Source: Antedon mediterranea
Taxonomy: Eukaryota > Animalia > Echinodermata
DNA length: 64,000 nucleotides
Reading direction: 5' to 3'
NCBI RefSeq assembly: GCF_964355755.1
Contig: NC_092676.1
Span: forward strand, 20,912,871-20,976,870
Shown here: positions 42,461 through 55,853 of the stretch, in pieces
Numbering within the stretch: the stretch's first letter is position 1
Layout of the letters: each line of letters begins with the position of its first letter
Program-made: the position numbers and the translations under genes
The notes under the pieces: generated by a model
What the model was told of the DNA's origin: nothing
The model's database searches: none
The model's input: the letters and a program-made list of their open reading frames with translations, nothing else

Positions 42461-42498
42461 ACAGAGTTTTCGGGCAACATTAGGCCTTCATCAGTGCA
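42461..42498 (-). ncRNA. Degenerate minimal type I hammerhead ribozyme motif (Penelope-like element terminal repeat)
   Basis: Minus strand reads TGCA CTGATGA AGGC CTAATGTT GCCC GAAA ACTC TGT: both core boxes, helix II GGC/GCC, short helix I GCA/TGT. Confidence 0.45.
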
Positions 42499-44364
42499 AG
42501 TGAAGGAATTTGGATAACTAGAACCGTATTTGAAACCTTCGGGAGTCGACCCAGTGTGTCCCAGTAATTGGGGGTGTGTGTCTCCTAGTAGTATAGTAGG
42601 GGGATGACTGTAGTGTTAAAACATACATTGTCCATTGGAAAAGTATTCCTTTAATATGAGTGTCCCAAAGTAGGGATTTTACTACATAAGCTAATAATCC
42701 AATGGGATGCCATTCCCATGCGGATAAAATAAGAACATAATTAAAGTACAATAATCAGGAAAATTATGCTACTCAAAAAGGACAATAGGGATTATTGTTA
42801 TGGTATTTTAATTGTGGATGTGCGTAACCTTAACCACGCGTAATACTCATTCAATACTTAACTTTACCAGACTCAACTACTATATAGTGATATTAAATTA
42901 ATTATAAATGACGTCAAGACACGTTAGTAATTATCTTGCTTGACTAAAGTGTCATTAAATGATTCCCAATGTCACCTTGAACAATTTTCATTAAATATTT
43001 GATCCTGGGCTTTCTATTTGACGTGAAGTTGGCTCTTTAGCGGCACACAATGACTAGTTTATTAGGTTTTTATTAAAATGGGTGATAGTTCACCGTCAAA
43101 CTATTGACGTCATCAAGCGGAAGTTATCACTGTTTTAGTTCCAGTAGAACAAATAATTACGACTGTCAGATTTATAGACTTCGTGAATGGTTCCACTGGT
43201 CATCAATTTAAGTCGACAGCAAGCCATGATGTCAGACAATGTTATCGTACAATAATATTGGCCTGGTACACAGTGGCTCTGATAAGTGGTTGTTACGGTG
43301 ACAGTGACGTCATTACAGCCAGCGGGGTACAAATGGTTCATATAAGTTCAGTCGTACCACTTGTTGACTACTGTTCACTGGTGTGTCAAATAATTGTTAT
43401 GGTGTGTTTATAATGGATTCAGTGAGGGATAGTACGATGATGTGCCAAAATATAAATGGTGAATGAACTCCCATGTGCTAGGCCTACTAATTCATTTTAT
43501 GTTCAACACTCGTGTGCCAGACAGGCTAACGACCGACCATATTTCCTAAGCATGCGCCAAAACGGAGACTTAAAAAAAAAACAGAGTTGTGTGTACGACT
43601 ACATTTATACTTAAACTAATATCATAGTCAAAAATGTACTGTATATTGTAGAATCCCTATTACGGGGACACCTTTTGGAACCGTTAATAGAACTGTCCCA
43701 TGCCAAGAGGGGTATTACTCATGAATTATGATTTTATAATGATGACATTAAAAAAAAAATCTTAAAAATTTAAAAAGTCTACGCAGTTGTGTTCTACAGA
43801 CAGGCTTATGTGTCAAAAAAGGTGTTTCTGAAAGTTGTGCGAATAACACAACTTTATAGAACCTTGTAAATCAGTGATCTGTTAAGTTTAAACTTATCAT
43901 TACTGATTCATCAATATTTTCAGAATCAACTTTTGTCAAAAATATTATTGACAATAAGAATTCTTTATAGGTTAGATGTTTTGTAAATAATCTACTAATT
44001 ATTGTAAAGTATTATATTGTTCGTTGAGCCTTCGATTGTTCATTGATTATTAAACGATTATCCGTTGACGTCAATCGATGGTAAATATAAATGACAAGTT
44101 TAGTTATGGATTTATGTGTTGGCGGTAACAAAAATACATTATCATTCTATTTCCAATAATGACCGGATTTCTGCTGATAAATATATAATTCTTCCTATAT
44201 TTACTTTTTCTTTTCCTTTTTGTTCATTTCATTTTATTTCGAGCAATATGCCTATTTTTTATACTTTTAAATCCTTGTTTTCTTGAATGATTATGATAAA
44301 AAAAATTACAAATACGTCTACTTTCCATTATTTATTGAAGAAAGTAGAAATGGAGCCGTCCTTT

Positions 44365-44636
44365 GGGACACATATTTAGATACACCTATTATAAAGAGAA
44401 CACCTCTATTAAGAGGACACCTATTAAGTGGACCTCTCTAATGAGATGACACCTATTAAGAGGACACCTCTGGTAAGAGGACAACTCTATTAAGAGAACA
44501 CCTCTATTGAGAGGACCCCTCTATTAAGAGAATACCTATATTAAGAGAACACCTAATAAATGAACACCTCTATTAAGAGGACACCTATTGGGTCATCTCT
44601 ATCAAGAAGACGCCTCTCTATTAAGAGGTCACCTTT
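44365..44636. repeat. Minisatellite, about 17-bp unit GAGGACACCTCTATTAA, related to internal repeats of a CAGTAG-ended Tc1/mariner-type MITE
   Basis: Directly visible; the same GGACAC motif occurs in MITE fragments at about 3455-3523, 5577-5650, 9665-9840, 26797-26990, 40835-40980, 43645-43715 and 48985-49035. Confidence 0.85.
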
Positions 44637-47600
44637 CCATGAAATGAACTATTTAACGTTACCGGCATTATTGGATCCCGAAGGAATTCAAGGGTTTCTA
44701 CGATATTGTGTTATAGTTCAATTCAATTCTATTTACTTCCACACAAATACATAGGCCCCCAGCATTGTCTGTACCTACAATGAATCATTACAATATATAA
44801 GTTATACAAGATCCTTTGACCCGCACCGATAAATATTAACGTATAAAACGAAGTGATTGAGTAGATCAGTGAAAGTTGTAATAAATGTTATTAAACTTCA
44901 AGAGGTGCCAATATAATTTACAGTAAAAGTAATGGGCGCAACCAACAAATACTATACTACTAAACAGGACATTCACATTTTGAAACATAAGCGGAACACG
45001 GCAGTAGTAAATCATACTCATTTAACTAACTGTTTCCCTATGTTTTTTTAACGAGAAGTATAGGGTGGAGTGTTGACAAAGGGAAGTTCTTGACTATGAA
45101 CTTTGCACAAAAAAACACTGTTGCAGCACTTCAAACACCCTTCCTGAACATTCTACAACTCTCCAAGCTGTCATTTATTGTGGAAATATGAAGATATTTC
45201 TGTTTTGATAAAGATGTACCCATTAAAAACTGTAGCCCTGATGAAGGAATATTGTTTTCCAAAAATTTTTTTGGCAGTATTAGTTTATCGTATGGATTTC
45301 ACTTCTGCATATTTGTATCTCCATTGAGATTCTTCAATAACATTGTCATTTTTTCCAGTAATTTGCCTTTGGGTATATTACAAACTACTGCATCATTCTC
45401 TCTTAGATATCTCTATTTCTATTTATGTTAGGCGCGCCTATGTCTATTTAAATCTAGTCGACGCGATCTTCATCTTTTTATTTCGGAGTACCATAATATC
45501 ATAATATATCCAAAATCAAATAATAAGTAAACGTAGAAAAAGAAATAAAAAAAAAGTTTACTATTAAACCAAGATTGTCACCAAAATAAATAGAAATTTG
45601 GCGCGCCATACATCCAACGGGAAAAACATTTATATGAGTTTGATTTGGATGAAAAAAATGAATACTATAGACCTACTACAAAAATCTTATACAGTTATCA
45701 ATTGTCATTAATAATCATTAGGCCTATTAACATAGAAGTTCTTACTTCACCGGAAAATACTCCAACATGCTAACATTGTAAGATTTTGAAAGTCAAAACA
45801 GAACAGAAGATATCACTCTACAATTTGACTGTGATGACGTGATAAAATTTATACTGGTTATGGCAGTATATTTCCTTTTATGGGATGTAATATCAGCATC
45901 GGATCTAGGTCAATAGAGTGTGGTTAACAGCAACCTTGACTTTTAAATGTGACGTCAATAATTGCAAACGGTTTATATTTCGTAATTGTAAAATGGAAAA
46001 AATGGGAAATCTGAATGAAAGAACACAGTATTTTTCAAACCATCGGGTAGTATATTATATTTATTAATGATAAACACCACATTTTAAATAGTGATAACAG
46101 CATATTATACTGTATTCATTGTTTTTTTCCAAAATTCGTTGCATAATTTGTTTATTTGAGTGTTCTTATAAAAAGTGTATTGAACTCTTCTCCATCCGTG
46201 TAGTGTATAGTAACTGTATATCTTACGATAGGCAAAAGGAAATTAACATAAAAACAACATTAATTAAAAATTAATTATTCTATTTAGTGATACAGCGGAA
46301 ATTAAAGCACTTTTTAATCTGACGCAATGTGACAGAGTTCTGAAATTGTAATTAACAAACAGTAGGAATCTTAGAACGTAATCAACCAACTTATTATTAA
46401 AAAGAAAATAATTACAGTAAAACATTTCATTTTCACTATAAAATGTAGGCTTAATACAGGTCCCTTTTAATAGCCTTAGATTTCCTCATCCCATAATAAT
46501 GGTGACCAATAGGGGTTTACCTACCCCCACCCCTTGGGACGCTCCTATTATATCCAGGGAAAACTTTCTTGAGAAACGAATGAGGGAGCTTACTACTCTT
46601 TATACCATGGTTAGAAGTATAACAGATTTACAGGTATTATGAAGTCAATATACAATACATACATAATTTATGAACGTTGCAATCGTTCGTGAAATTCGTA
46701 CACATCCCCGCTGTTATAACCCACCTGCAGCCTACTAAAGGTAAACAGTAAATATTGTTATAGCACTAAAATCAAAACAATAACAAAGTGATGAAATACA
46801 GTAAAAGGGACACTTTATTACTCCCTACTATCCTGCCTTGACCTTCTCCTCAATTGACTGCCTATATTATGCAGGAAGCATAATCAAACGATTCCAGGAA
46901 AATGTAAACAATACTTGTAAATAAATTTCCTACGGCCTTGAAAATGAACTCACTGCGCAAGTCGGTCAAATATATTCAGTGTGAAAGGCAAATGAACTCC
47001 GTCGGTCGCGTCTGCCGTGCTCGCTCAACCTTAGCGAGTAATTGGTGCACATGCGCATTGTGGTTCAATCGTGAGGTTGATTCTACAGCTTGAGCACGTT
47101 AGATCCTAATGCTTTTAAAAGCATCATGCTGTTGATCGTGTTAATTCTTCATTCCGACAGCTATTTGCGTTTATGTGATGGTTTGTACATTAATCTTGCT
47201 ATTATTAGTCGCAACATTTATTTGTAAGTCTGCTGATTTTTATGGTAATGCACGTATCTTGTCGAGCACGCCATATTTATATAAATAGATGGTGACGCAA
47301 TAGTCTGTCAAATCTTCCCCTTTTTTGGATATCCAAGATCTGTCTCCTATGATTATGGTCCTTATGGATCTACCATGTATCAATGTTGGTGCTACACTAT
47401 ACTAATTGTCTGTCAAAAGCAAATGTCACAGACTATAATCTTTGCAAGTCTGATGATAGTACATCACAGTAATCTTATTCACCTCTTCTTCCAAAGTGCC
47501 AAGTTTCTGTGACGTGGGTATTTCCCGTTTTTTCTTTCCCGTAGGAGTTCCATTATAGTTCTCCTCTTTTTTCTTTTCTTCTTTGATTGTGCCTCTCAAT

Positions 47601-48106
47601 TTTATTCTAATTTTAATATCTCATCTGACTTCTTGTTGGCTTCCGGCATCAAGCTTCATTGTTAACTATCTTTTAATTATGGGTTCCTTGCCGTTCAGGT
47701 GGTGATGGTGGTGGTTCCAATTTTTATTTTTTCGTAATGGAATTAAATTATAATATTGTTCAATCAATGAAACATAGGCCTGCTGTCTGTTTGATAGTGA
47801 ATAATAGTATTAACAACTATCCTCATGGTCAGCGGTATGTGATGTAGGCCTAAATTACCGTATACTTTTTATTTGCGGATAATTACCATAATATTTAATG
47901 TCCGTGGTGAGGTCTGTGGATGTGGTGATGCTCCTCAAATGTAATCTATATCATTGAAATTAACCTCAGATGTCAAGTGGATTTTAGAGGGAGGATATAT
48001 TTTACCGCACATTGGTGCATGATTAAAAATAATTATTATAAGTTAATTTGTTAAATTACCGTAGTTATTAATTATTCATGTGAAGATAGACTTACAGCGG
48101 GAAAGG

Positions 48107-48640
48107 TTTTTTTTTTTTTTTTTTAATTCAATTCAAAACATATACATAACAAGATAACAGAAAAAACAAACATAAACTATCGCATAAATTATATTGCAAA
48201 TTATGATTGTTGGTAATATAAAATTGAAAAATTGCCTTCTAAACTAAAACATACTCCTAAATTAAATTTCTTCAGTTCTCAAATAATATAAAGTTTTTGT
48301 ATTTTTGGTAAGTGTAGAGTAAATGATCATAAATTGAGAGAGTGTTCCTTAATTTTACAACGATAAATGTACCATTTTACAATTATAATAAAGCGGGTTG
48401 CTTCTTTATGTGACTTGTCAAACCCAACATATACTTTTTCTATAAAAATATTTAAATTATCATTGATATTTCGATGTATATAGGCCTATGCCTTTTCCCA
48501 TAATTTCTTTACCTTATTATATTCTATAAACATACGTAACAATGTTTCCTGCATTTCATTGCAAATAGCACATCGGTGAGTCCACCTTTGACATTTTAAA
48601 CAGCATTGTATTTGTATAAGATTCAATTTATGCTATTGAA
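48107..48640 (-). mobile_element. Degenerate 3' end of an L1/Tx1-clade LINE with poly(A) tail
   Basis: Minus-strand translation gives YTNTMLFKMSKVDSP, a frameshift, then CAICNEMQETLLRMFIEYNKVKKLWEK (decayed zf-RVT motif) and IIIVKWYIYRCK; T18 at 48107-48124. Confidence 0.75.
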
Positions 48641-48851
48641 TCGTAACCAACTGGGAGGGCCAAAAACAACACCGATTTGTGACAGTTCTAAAGTAACTTG
48701 TCCATTTTATCTTCCTTTTAAAAATTTAAACGACTGTGGACTGTGGTATGCTTACTGTAGCCTATAATCTTTTTAATGTACTGCAGGCTTTTGTCGATAT
48801 GGACAAGCCCACTCCAATGAGTCCACATGTTTGCTTTTTACTCTGAAGCAT

Positions 48852-48976
48852 GGAGCTATTGTAGTTATGGCTTATAGTAAGTTAAAGCATAGCCTATATT
48901 TCCCATTGTTCGTTTGGAGCTATTGTAGTTCATGGCTTATAGTAAGTTAAGCATAGCCTATATTTCCGATTGTTCA
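48852..48976. repeat. About 63-bp direct tandem duplication
   Basis: TGGAGCTATTGTAGTT...GCATAGCCTATATTTCC occurs twice. Confidence 0.85.
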
Positions 48977-50936
48977 TTTCACAGGAATGGCGTGTCCTGT
49001 TAATAAGGGTGTCCAAAGGGAGGGGTTCTACTGAACTGAAGACGAATGTATTTCCAAACGTGGTCATATTGTTTATTTCCTTGATTTCCTAAACCTTATG
49101 TACAGTATATATCTGTGCGGCGCCCTCGGCGATGAGATTCATTTAATACTGTATTCAACCATTAATACTTGATAGGGTGAAAACACTTACACAATATACA
49201 CCCGAGGCAAAAATCCAAGAATACTGTATATCGATTACATCATTTTATGTTTAGTAGTATGTTTCAGTATTCCATTATTTACAGCGCTTTGTGTGCACTG
49301 TGAAAATGTTTTAGTTTAGTTTCGCTTATAAATGTGTTTATATTACTTAATTCAATCATTAAAGAACCGTGCTCCGTTGCATGTCCATTTATCTTCTTAA
49401 TTTATTTCTCATCCAATCATTTCATTTTACGATGGCATTAAGTTTTAGACGGACAATGCTTAAGTTTTTGCACCGGAATTTTCGTTCATGTACCGTAGTT
49501 TAATTACACTTGGAAGAAAGAAGAGATACAAAACAAAGCACTAAATAAATGTAATGGTAATATTGTGATATTCAACAAGTAGGCTAATAAGAGCTTCCAA
49601 ACAATTATCTCTGTATTTATGATGAGTAGACCTCATTTATTGGATCAGTTGTCTTGTGTTTGTGGCATTCGGCATCTCTTTACGGAATGCTTTAATCACT
49701 TGCATGTACAGACCAGGGAGTTGTAAAAAACTCCCTGTACAGACTCTCCCCTTCCTCTTTTATTCCATATTCCACAACGACTAAAACTAAACAAAGTATA
49801 TAGGCAACTTTAATACCTCATATTGGTCAATTCAAATATGTTTCATGCTTTCGTTGACAATTTTGTAAACACTTTGCACTGTAGGCCTATATATGGAGAG
49901 AAAAAATGAGTCATTCTCATTAGATTCTTATATCCACACGTTCATTCATTATGCTGACATTTTAATGTATTTAGAGTCACCTTTGCTTTATTCTGAAATT
50001 ATTTTTACTTAGGATACGTACCCATTAAATTTCCAGTCTTATGATAAAGAAATGTTTTTTTTTTTGTTGTTGAATTGTTATACTTTGTTTTCCATACAAC
50101 ATAATTTAAGAAAGAAAAGAATGAAGATTGAGTCCGATTTACTTAATTTTCACATTCATTTCTATAATTAGACAATTGATTTACTATTTATGCACATTAT
50201 TATAATTTTGGTTAAAGGAAACAGACGCGTTTTCTTGGTACAAATCAAAAAGAAAGTCTAGGCAACTCCAGTATTGAACATACAGGACACACACATTGAG
50301 TATTGCTGGATTAATTTTCTTATTACATCTTTCCACAACAAGAATATGATTACTAAAATGCGTGGACAGTGACGGCCACCAGACACTACATCACAACCCC
50401 ACCTCTCCGTACTCCTCCTCCAACAAAAAAGGCTTGATTTACTTGTTTCCCTCTTTAAACCAAACCACTTTACTTGGAACAAGCAAGCAAGATAGATAGA
50501 TCAAACTCATTGTTGCACAATACCGGCTATTGTTCTTTTTCGCAACAGTTGCTTAACTCAAGTACAGTTGCAGTTCATCCAAGTGAAATGATGTTTTATT
50601 AATTTTTCCTATACCTTATTTTGAGAATAAAAATATCCTACTTTTGGCTTTTATTTGTATACATGGAAATTCCATTTTTCTACTATTATCCCTACTTTTT
50701 CAAAAGCAATTAAAATAATGTAAATGCTATAGGCGTTTGTTAAGTTGTTTTTTCCTGAGACGTGGGCAGTATTTATTAACAAAAAACGATATATTTAAAG
50801 AAGTGCGCTCTTGATCTCATTGTTATTGCTACTGCCTATATCACTAAAGCTTCTCTATTTATAAATGAAATATAACGATTTATTTGTGCTTTAGCTTAAA
50901 TAAAATTAGAACTTTAGAAGAACTCTATAGAAGTTC

Positions 50937-51023
50937 TAACACAGGCTCTATAACACAGGCTCTATAACACAGGCTCTATAACACAGGCTCTATAACACAG
51001 GCTCTATAACACAGGCTCTATAA
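50937..51023. repeat. Perfect 14-bp tandem repeat ACAGGCTCTATAAC, 6 copies
   Basis: Directly visible. Confidence 0.95.
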
Positions 51024-51459
51024 TTTATGTTCAGAAAATGTAAATAAGTGCCTGAGCATGTATTCAGTTATTCTTAAAACTTACTAAATGCATTGTGGTG
51101 ATATAAATTATTACTACTATGTGTATTGTGGATGTTCCAGGTAATGAATTGAAATTGTCAAATTTCAAAGAAACAAATTTTACATAATAATTACCACAAA
51201 TAAAACAGATTAAGGAAGTAGCCCTATGCAAACTTTAGGAATGTTATGATGTTAATACTAACTAATACTGACTGATGTTTTTGCTCAATGTTTGACATTT
51301 GTTGTATAGTATTAGGTACTGTAGTTATATTATATTATTTTTGTATTTCTTTACAACTTACTAAAAGTAAATTAACTTTCAACGGAGCATATGTAAGTAT
51401 GTACTTTAACAGTGTATTTATCAGTGATCTACAATGCTCATGATATAAAAGTTAGATAA

Positions 51460-51599
51460 AGCTTGGTTTTCATTAGAACGCAACACAACGACGTAAGCGT
51501 AACGTAAATAATTTGACCAATCACAATCAATTTGTTATTTGAACTGTCGCTTTACCATTGATCAACTCGCTTGCGTTGTCCTATAGTGGGAACCAAGCT
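51460..51599. mobile_element. Harbinger/Tourist-like MITE (same family as 27647-27991)
   Basis: TAA|AGCTTGGTTTTCATTAG...TAGTGGGAACCAAGCT|TTA. Confidence 0.75.
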
Positions 51600-52836
51600 T
51601 TATAGTAGGACCATCAAACCACATGCAGAAGATTCTCAAGAAAAACCGGACACTCTTAGAATATGATAGTATTACTCAATAGCTATGTAAGTGCCGTCTG
51701 ATTACTTATACAGACATTGTTCGTACTAAGTTGTTCAGGTTTTTAGAAATTGAGGGGAATACCCTAAAATTCTTAAATATTACTGGATAATCTTCCGGTC
51801 ACGAACACAACATAGAGGGCGGTGTAGATTCTGCAGAATCTGTACATTGTTATTCTGATTGAAACGTTGGTATAACACTAACATTCTTCGTTTTGTTCAA
51901 TGATAATGCTTTTACATTATAGAGTTGTCTTTTTCTGAAAAGATTCCAAATTGTCTGCCGCGTGAAGTTTATAATAGTAGGTTAGGTATGGAACGTAGAT
52001 TGACTTTTCAGAATTTGGCCTAGCGTAAATTATCTACCAGACCGTATAATTACAAACTAAGCATAGGAGGCCACGGTCCACTGTTTATCCGAACCACATG
52101 AAACTTGTCTATTAAACTTGGTTGCCATGAGAGGACACATAATACATAGTTTAGCCAATGACAATGATAGCTCATCCGAACTTTCCAAAGCCGTCGATTA
52201 TGATTGGTTCAATTACTGTACTTTTATCCAATAACCAACCAATCATACAGTTGTATTTCAGTTGCTGCGGAATGAAAACTTTTATGAAATAGAACTTACT
52301 GTAGAGGGCGATGTGTTAAAATAATAAAATCCTATCCAGAAATGGTGGGTTTGTCTTGGACGTCATTTGCCGAACCTTATCTGATTTCAAATCCATAAAT
52401 ACCTGTATATAACTTTACAAAAAAAAAAAAAAAATGTATTGCATTCAGTAAATAAAAACAACAAACTTATAGTACAGAATTCAAAGTTAACCATCAGATG
52501 TTGGAAGGGCATGCATGAAGTCCTTTATACTATATAGTAAAGACATCTCAAGTGGAATCATTTGTATAAAACGATGAATGTGACACCCATACGTCTTAAG
52601 AAGGTGAATGAAGTTTATGTGTTTATATAATATTTATTTTAAAACTATCCTTTCAATATTCTGATTGAGTATTCGTATTTGGGCAATCTTTTCCATATTA
52701 GTATTCTTTTACGAGCGCCACCATCGGATACTCATGTTTTATATTAAGTTGTCGGAAATATTTTTAGCAATACACATTAAGGTGAATTGCGTCTATAACT
52801 TACTAGGCTAATTTTTCCAACAATGTAAGTCATTAA

Positions 52837-52980
52837 TGGTGGGTTCCCACTAGAGACGCAACGTAAGGACGTAAATGCAACGTAGTAATCGATTTGACCA
52901 ATCACAAGCGATGGATTATTCGAACTGTCACTTTCAATGGCCATACGTTGCTTCTACGCCGTCTCTTGTGTGGGAACCTT
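52837..52980. mobile_element. Harbinger/Tourist-like MITE, degenerate copy
   Basis: GGTTCCCACTAGAGACGCAACGTAAGGACGT...TTTGACCAATCACAAGCGA...GTGGGAACC. Confidence 0.7.
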
Positions 52981-53586
52981 TAGGTCTACAGCGTCACTAA
53001 CCGAACCTTTACCTGGTTACTATGATTACATTATTCCATCAAAATATAAAATTACAACGTCGGAACAATCAAGATGTATGTCAATTATTGTCAGATGTAT
53101 TATTCGTTGTTTTATAGACCTTTACATTCTCTTAATATTTCACTTGAGTGGTATTTAATTTGATTATAATTGTAGTCATATTTCAATTCGTTTTCCCGTT
53201 TCCATTCCAAATTATTAGTATTTCAACTTTAACGTTTCCAGATGGCTCTGTCACCATCATCATGATTTGAGTAAAAGATCAAATGCTGCTTTACGGAACG
53301 TTTTTCGTTGTTGTAAATTTCCAGCAATTTAGGTGTATGTTTATTTGTTAAAAGGTGTACTTTGAACATATCTTGAAGTTCTTCAACGAAGAATATGGTA
53401 TGTTATTAACGATAATCTATCGATATTGAATGAATTGTGTAGTTTAGAGACAACATTAGGCCTACCACCAGGTGAGAAGAAGTATAAATATGTGGTTTAT
53501 ATGGTTTACTGGAATTGCAGGAAACTGACTGGTTTACACTCGCTAAATACCTTAATCAAATATACATCAGAAGGTTTTATACAATA

Positions 53587-54498
53587 ATGAATAATTCTGA
53601 ATTTGTGGAGGTATGTTTCTATCCCAATTGGGGATTTGCATTTTTTACTGTAGTTACTTTATTCAATATATTGAGTAATTCACTTGTCGTGTACGGCACA
53701 TCAACAAGTTATACATTAAAGACAACCACAAACACATTGATTGCAAGCCTGGCTTTAGTTGATCTTATGTCCGGTTTTAATAGTGTTATACTAATGGTGG
53801 ATTTCCAGCAAGAAGGCACTGTCTCTTTATCTGAAGGAGGCCAATTTACAGTTTGCCCAACACAATCGAAACTCTGCCTTACAGGAACGGTACTTCAATA
53901 TATGTTTTGGACTTTGACTTTAGATCATCATATTATGTTGGGTTTTGAGAGATATTTAGCGATTTTTTATCCATTTTTACATCTTAGAAGACTCAACCAT
54001 TGTTTAGTATTACGCGTTGTATTTGTCTTATGGATCTCTAAATTATCATGCATACCTTTTGTTTTGCAAACTATTAGCGGAAATGCATTGAGTTCGTGCA
54101 TTGTAATTTCTTTTACAATTGTTTTGTTGGCGATTCTTTGTTTTTTAAATATTCGAATCTACAGGAAAACTAAAAAAACTCTACGTCAAATAGCATCAAC
54201 ACAGATACGCAGTGTATCCATACGACACGGCATTACGTCAGAAAGAAAGAAAGAACCCCCAAGAAAAAATCACAAGGCTTTGAAAATGACATCGTTGTTG
54301 GCGTTGGCAGCACTTTCTTGTAGCGTTCCGATTATTTTGCTTAATACTTTTTCGTTATTTCGGCTCTTCACGTGTAAGAGTATAATATTCTCATATTTAT
54401 TATTGAACTTTAATTCAGCATTAAATCCGATTATATACGTTGCATGTAATCAAACATTCCGTAAAGCACTTATAACCATCGTCAAAAGATTTGTTTGA
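53587..54498 (+). CDS. Intronless class A (rhodopsin-like) GPCR, orphan/putative chemoreceptor, 303 aa (GPCR-1)
   Basis: Seven hydrophobic segments; SN (TM1), SLAxxD (TM2), ERY, NSALNPIIY; first real ATG at 53587 (the ORF track starts at a TTG). Confidence 0.9.
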   Translation: MNNSEFVEVCFYPNWGFAFFTVVTLFNILSNSLVVYGTSTSYTLKTTTNTLIASLALVDLMSGFNSVILMVDFQQEGTVSLSEGGQFTVCPTQSKLCLTGTVLQYMFWTLTLDHHIMLGFERYLAIFYPFLHLRRLNHCLVLRVVFVLWISKLSCIPFVLQTISGNALSSCIVISFTIVLLAILCFLNIRIYRKTKKTLRQIASTQIRSVSIRHGITSERKKEPPRKNHKALKMTSLLALAALSCSVPIILLNTFSLFRLFTCKSIIFSYLLLNFNSALNPIIYVACNQTFRKALITIVKRFV

Positions 54499-55104
54499 TT
54501 AAGGATATAACCTTCATAAAATACAAAAGACCATGAGATTTAAACGATCCGAAACGCCACTTTCAGGCCAGACTTTATTTAAAGTAAAGTAAAGTAAACT
54601 AACAGGAGCAGAGTGTACTTCGATGTTGGCAACAAAACATTTTTCCAGTGTAGGCCCTAGACCATTTGAAGAGCCTAGTCTACACAGCTAACTTTTGTTT
54701 CGAAACTCGCAAGAAAAGTGTAGTGCAGTAGGGACTGCAGAAAAATATATTTTTCAGAAGCTCGGCATGCATCCTTTCAATATTTGTCACTTGTTTTTAT
54801 AAAACGCCATCTATATTGTCGTTAAGATAATTGCAGTAATAAGATATATTTGTGTAGAAATATGAACTTACTTTTAATTACTTCGGTCGTTTACTGTCAG
54901 TTCTTGTCAAAGACATTTTTCATATCGCTTTAAAAATAAATTATAATTAAGCACTTATAAAATTATCGATTTTGACTATGGTTGTGTGGTTCATTTCCTA
55001 TTATATTATCTTTTTAATTAAGTTGGTTAGAAGATCATAAATCGTGAATACGCCAAGAGAAGATTTACTTATAGAAAGGAATCATTTATTAAGAAATATC
55101 ATTC

Positions 55105-55625
55105 TAAGAATCAGTTACAGGTATAACTGAAGAAACATTTTGTTGACAAGGAATCAGTTAACCAACTGAAGAAATCTCTTGTTGAAAAGAAGAATCAGTT
55201 AAAGGTATATCGTGTTTAAAAATATCAACTGAAGAAACATTTTTGACAAAGAATCAGTTACCAATTACTGAAGAAATATCTTGTTGAAAAGAAGAATCAG
55301 TTAAAGGTATATCGTGTTTAAAAGGATCAACTGAAGAAACATCTTGTTAACAAAGAATCAGTTACCAACTGAAGAAATATCTTGTTGAAAAGAAGAATCA
55401 GTTAAAGGTACGGTATATCGTGTTTAAAAGGATCAACTGAAGAAACATCTTGTTAACAAAGAATCAGTTACCAACTGAAGAAATATCTTGTTGAAAAGAA
55501 GAATCAGTTTAAAGGTATATCGTGTTTAAAAGGATCAACTGAAGAAACATCTTGTTAACAAAGAATTAGTTACCAACTGAAGAAATATCTTATTGAAAAG
55601 GATCAACGGAAGAAATATCTTGTCG
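55105..55625. repeat. Tandem repeat, about 38-bp subunits (AACTGAAGAAAYATCTTGTT...AGAATCAGTTA) arranged in a higher-order unit
   Basis: Directly visible; ends about 230 bp upstream of GPCR A1. Confidence 0.9.
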
Positions 55626-55853
55626 ATCGCAGTAAAATAATATCTTGTTATCCACTTACATAAAATAATTTCTTGTCTAGAAATTAAATGAACACATCTT
55701 TTTAAGAGAGGATCTGGAGATCTGGAGGAAAATAAATAAGCAATATTCTTCTAGAAAAAATCCACTTTTAAAAAAGAATATCTTGTCTAATTTGATTTAT
55801 GTCAGATATTCACATTTTGTGGATTAAAAAAATTATCATCATACTAAATCATC

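Noticed and set aside
47480-47720. Purine-rich minus-strand segment with a VTETW motif reminiscent of a LINE endonuclease
   Set aside because: Multiple stops and only one short motif; not enough to call.
53515-53586. 24-aa N-terminal extension of GPCR-1 in the ORF track
   Set aside because: It starts at TTG; ATG 53587 gives an N-terminus matching the paralogues.
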